Below the pieces are notes generated by a model that did not search any database, had not been told where the DNA came from, and worked only from the letters and a program-made list of their open reading frames with translations. The position numbers and the translations under genes were made by a program. A stretch of 64,000 bases of DNA, taken from positions 10,168,001 to 10,232,000 of the forward strand of contig CM022669.1 of NCBI GenBank assembly GCA_012295275.1. Direction: 5' to 3'. The stretch's first letter is position 1. Each line of letters begins with the position of its first letter. Positions 61,203 to 64,000 of this stretch are shown here, in pieces. Source of the stretch: Chrysomallon squamiferum (taxonomy: Eukaryota; Animalia; Mollusca).

Positions 61203-62796
61203 ATCCTACTAGCTCATAACACAGTTGAAATGATTTCAAGTACCTTTAAATCACCTAATAATTTGCTATCATTAATTTCTGTAAAAGATATTTTTATATT
61301 TTATTTAAAGAATATTATAAATATTTTCAGTATTCTCATGAAAGTTTTAAACTTGCTATTTATGGCTGTAAGCAGGTTCACAGGAATTATTCTGTTTTCT
61401 TCTTTCTTTTTCCAGAAGCTGCTAATACTTAAAACTTGCTCGTTTAAGCTGCAAACAATCAGTGTTTTTGTTAACCAGTGGAAGTTGTGTTCATCATTAT
61501 TATCATACAGTGTTTTACTCTTTTGTGAACTGACAATTATCTGTCTGGGACCTCTGTATTATGGATCTACATTCTGATAGAAAAAACATAATATGGATAC
61601 TTAAGAAAGTTTCTGCTAGAGATATCCAATCAAGAGATGGCATGTTTATAGGTAAATATCTTCACCAGTTGCACAGACAATTGTTCCGATTTTTATTTTA
61701 TTTTTATGTTAATTGTGTGAGCGTCATTAAATTTTACAAAACTTGACGGAAATCAGAAGCTGAGGATGAAAATATTCTGAGACAAATAGGGAGACATCTT
61801 TATTTACAGAGTGCCCACTGGATGTTGTGTGTAGTGCATTAACCTGAAATAATAATTTGAACACTTCAAAAATATATAGATATTTGAATGGCAGATAGTT
61901 AAAAATGCATATTGACAATCTTAATCATTTCTTTTTTTAATTATTATTATTATTATTAATTTATAACTTTTTTCTTCTTTTTTTTCTACAGAAAAGTATT
62001 CCTTTATCGTGTATATTAAAAATATTTTGTAACTGATATGACTGAGCCGTCAGATCTGCTACATTATACTGAAGTAATATCATGTTGATTTTATGTTGTG
62101 TTGCTCAGTTGTAAGTTTACAGTCCTAAAACATGTATAATAAAATTCTCCATGCTTACCTGTCAAAACCTTTAAGTCCACATTTGCAAAGTCAACAAGGC
62201 TTTTTATTCACACTTAAGAAAAACAACATAAATTTGGCCCAGTTATGTCATTAAAACCATGTAAATTAGAACTTGAATTGTACTGCATTAATTTAAGGAT
62301 AAAGTTTTTCGTTTTAGTTAGATGTATGGTTTATACACACAAATATAGGAAGTTTTAAAGATGTCAAATATTTTAATTTACTGGATTTCAAACAAAATAC
62401 AGATTTTTTTTATTGTTGTCCTTTTTTCTTTTTTTTGTCGGGGGGGTGGGGAGGGTTAATTAGTTGACCACAGCTGACACCTACCACAGTTAAACAAAAT
62501 ACTCTGAAAACATCAACATTTTTAATGCATTTTTGCTTGTACAGTATAAAAGACCTTTACACTGATTAAAAAATTTCTTTCATTATTTTATCGCAGTTAG
62601 CCCATCTTTTTATTTGATTTGATATTCTGATGCTGGTTTTAAAAAATATACACACTTAATAATAAATACAGTTTTTTTTTTTTATGTTAAAATTTATTCT
62701 TCTTTAACAGAATAACATTAAGAACATAATTAACAATCACACATTGACCAGTTACATCACAATGTCTTCATAAGTAAGTTTATAAATATATATACA

Positions 62797-63062
62797 TTAT
62801 ATATCTTTCCATTTTAAATCACAAATAACTGCAATGTGGTCAGAGGGATGGACAATACTTGGCAATGCCACATGCATGGTTACTTCTAAGTGGTCAAACA
62901 TGGGTATGACACGATCAACACTTAGTTTAGTGGAGTCTGAGAAAATGTAATCTAGCGCCCCAAAGAAACTGTTAGTGAAGTTTGTGTATTCTGGATAGCC
63001 ACACGAGCTGATTAGTTTCAGACTGTGCTCTAGATCAAGTTGAATGTATCGGTCTTCTCCTC
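62797..63062 (-). CDS. PDE12: Last coding exon of 2',5'-phosphodiesterase 12 (EEP/CCR4-like family); the rest of the gene lies beyond the window
   Basis: SSCGYPEYTNFTNSFFGALDYIF...VIPMFDHLEVTMHVALPSIVHPSDHIAVICDLKW matches the PDE12 C-terminus (CGxPxYTN, LDYIF, ALPSxxxPSDHIA..DLKW). Minus-strand acceptor TTTTCAG ends at 63063 and the TAA stop is at 62799-62797. Confidence 0.9.
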
Positions 63063-64000
63063 CTGAAAACAGCAAAATAAAATATTTAATTACACATACA
63101 GTTTGTATGTCATGTTTTTAACAGTCGAGAGAATAGGCTAATAGTTTAAAGATATAAATGTAACATATTCCAAAACAGAAATACTGTTTGTTTGACATAC
63201 TTGTTTAAATTTGATTACATATGTTTGTAATTATTTTTAATAGTCTACATAAAATGGTCTAATACTCTACAGATACAAATATAATATTATGTCAAAAAAG
63301 ACAGATTTGTTTAAAATACATATTACTGTTATGTGCATCAAGGATAAGTATTTATTTGAAGCAAAAATAAATGTATATTTTTGTAAATTTTGCATAAATA
63401 ATTATAGTTATTATGTTTCAAATATATTTGACATTTTAAATTGTTAAAATATTTTTCAAATGTTTATTTTTCAAAACAATAATACCAAAATTATGATTTA
63501 AAAAGTAAATTTTATTTTAAAGCAATCAAAGATTCAAAACCTAAGAAAAAACAAAAAAAGAGAAAAATTTAAGCCATAGAAAAATAATAAAAAATAAAAT
63601 AAAAAAATTAAAATAAAATGTGGTACTTTTCACTCATTAATAGATATCATCATATATTTACTTTAAAAATAAAACTATACAATCAGAAAAACCAGATGAA
63701 AACAACAATAGTCTTGTTCCCTACTGATATTTACTTATTTACTTATTACAACATATTTATGCATCACCTTTTCCATACTAAGTAAGTACAAGGGTGATTT
63801 ACAGTGTAAACTAATGAACTAAAATACAAAAAGACATGGACACAAACATATTAAAATAAATGTAAACATAATGGTGAACACGTCAAAAATAAATGAGATG
63901 TATTTAAAAACTGTTTAAAATAATTAACAGACTGATTGAACATTTTAAACATGTTCACAGTTAAGTGACAAACCTGACTTCCAGCTGTGGTGGTCAGCTC

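Overview
AT-rich, microsatellite-dense animal genomic DNA with GT-AG spliceosomal introns. It is probably lophotrochozoan or molluscan (inferred from gene families and composition, not proven). Layout: (1) 1-7360 is a mosaic of locally duplicated segments, pseudo-exons and a decayed pogo/Tigger-like DNA transposon. (2) 7364-19778 is a CpG-rich tandem satellite with a 374-bp unit, a 200-N assembly gap and inverted, diverged unit fragments at its right end; the dozens of ORFs called there are artefacts. (3) 23557-32344 (+) is a gene of 9 coding exons (~796 aa) with an N-terminal MGCGGS acylation motif, a KY/hillarin-type transglutaminase-like domain lacking the catalytic triad, helical repeats, and a C-terminus resembling the dynein heavy-chain microtubule-binding domain. 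(4) 36634-52063 (+) is a 7-exon alpha-arrestin (~399 aa). (5) 56936-60687 (+) is a 4-exon secreted Spaetzle/neurotrophin-like cystine-knot protein (~206 aa) largely invisible in the ORF track. (6) 62797-63062 (-) is the last exon of PDE12. Gene models were built by hand from splice sites and frame continuity; domain calls are motif recognition, not database searches.
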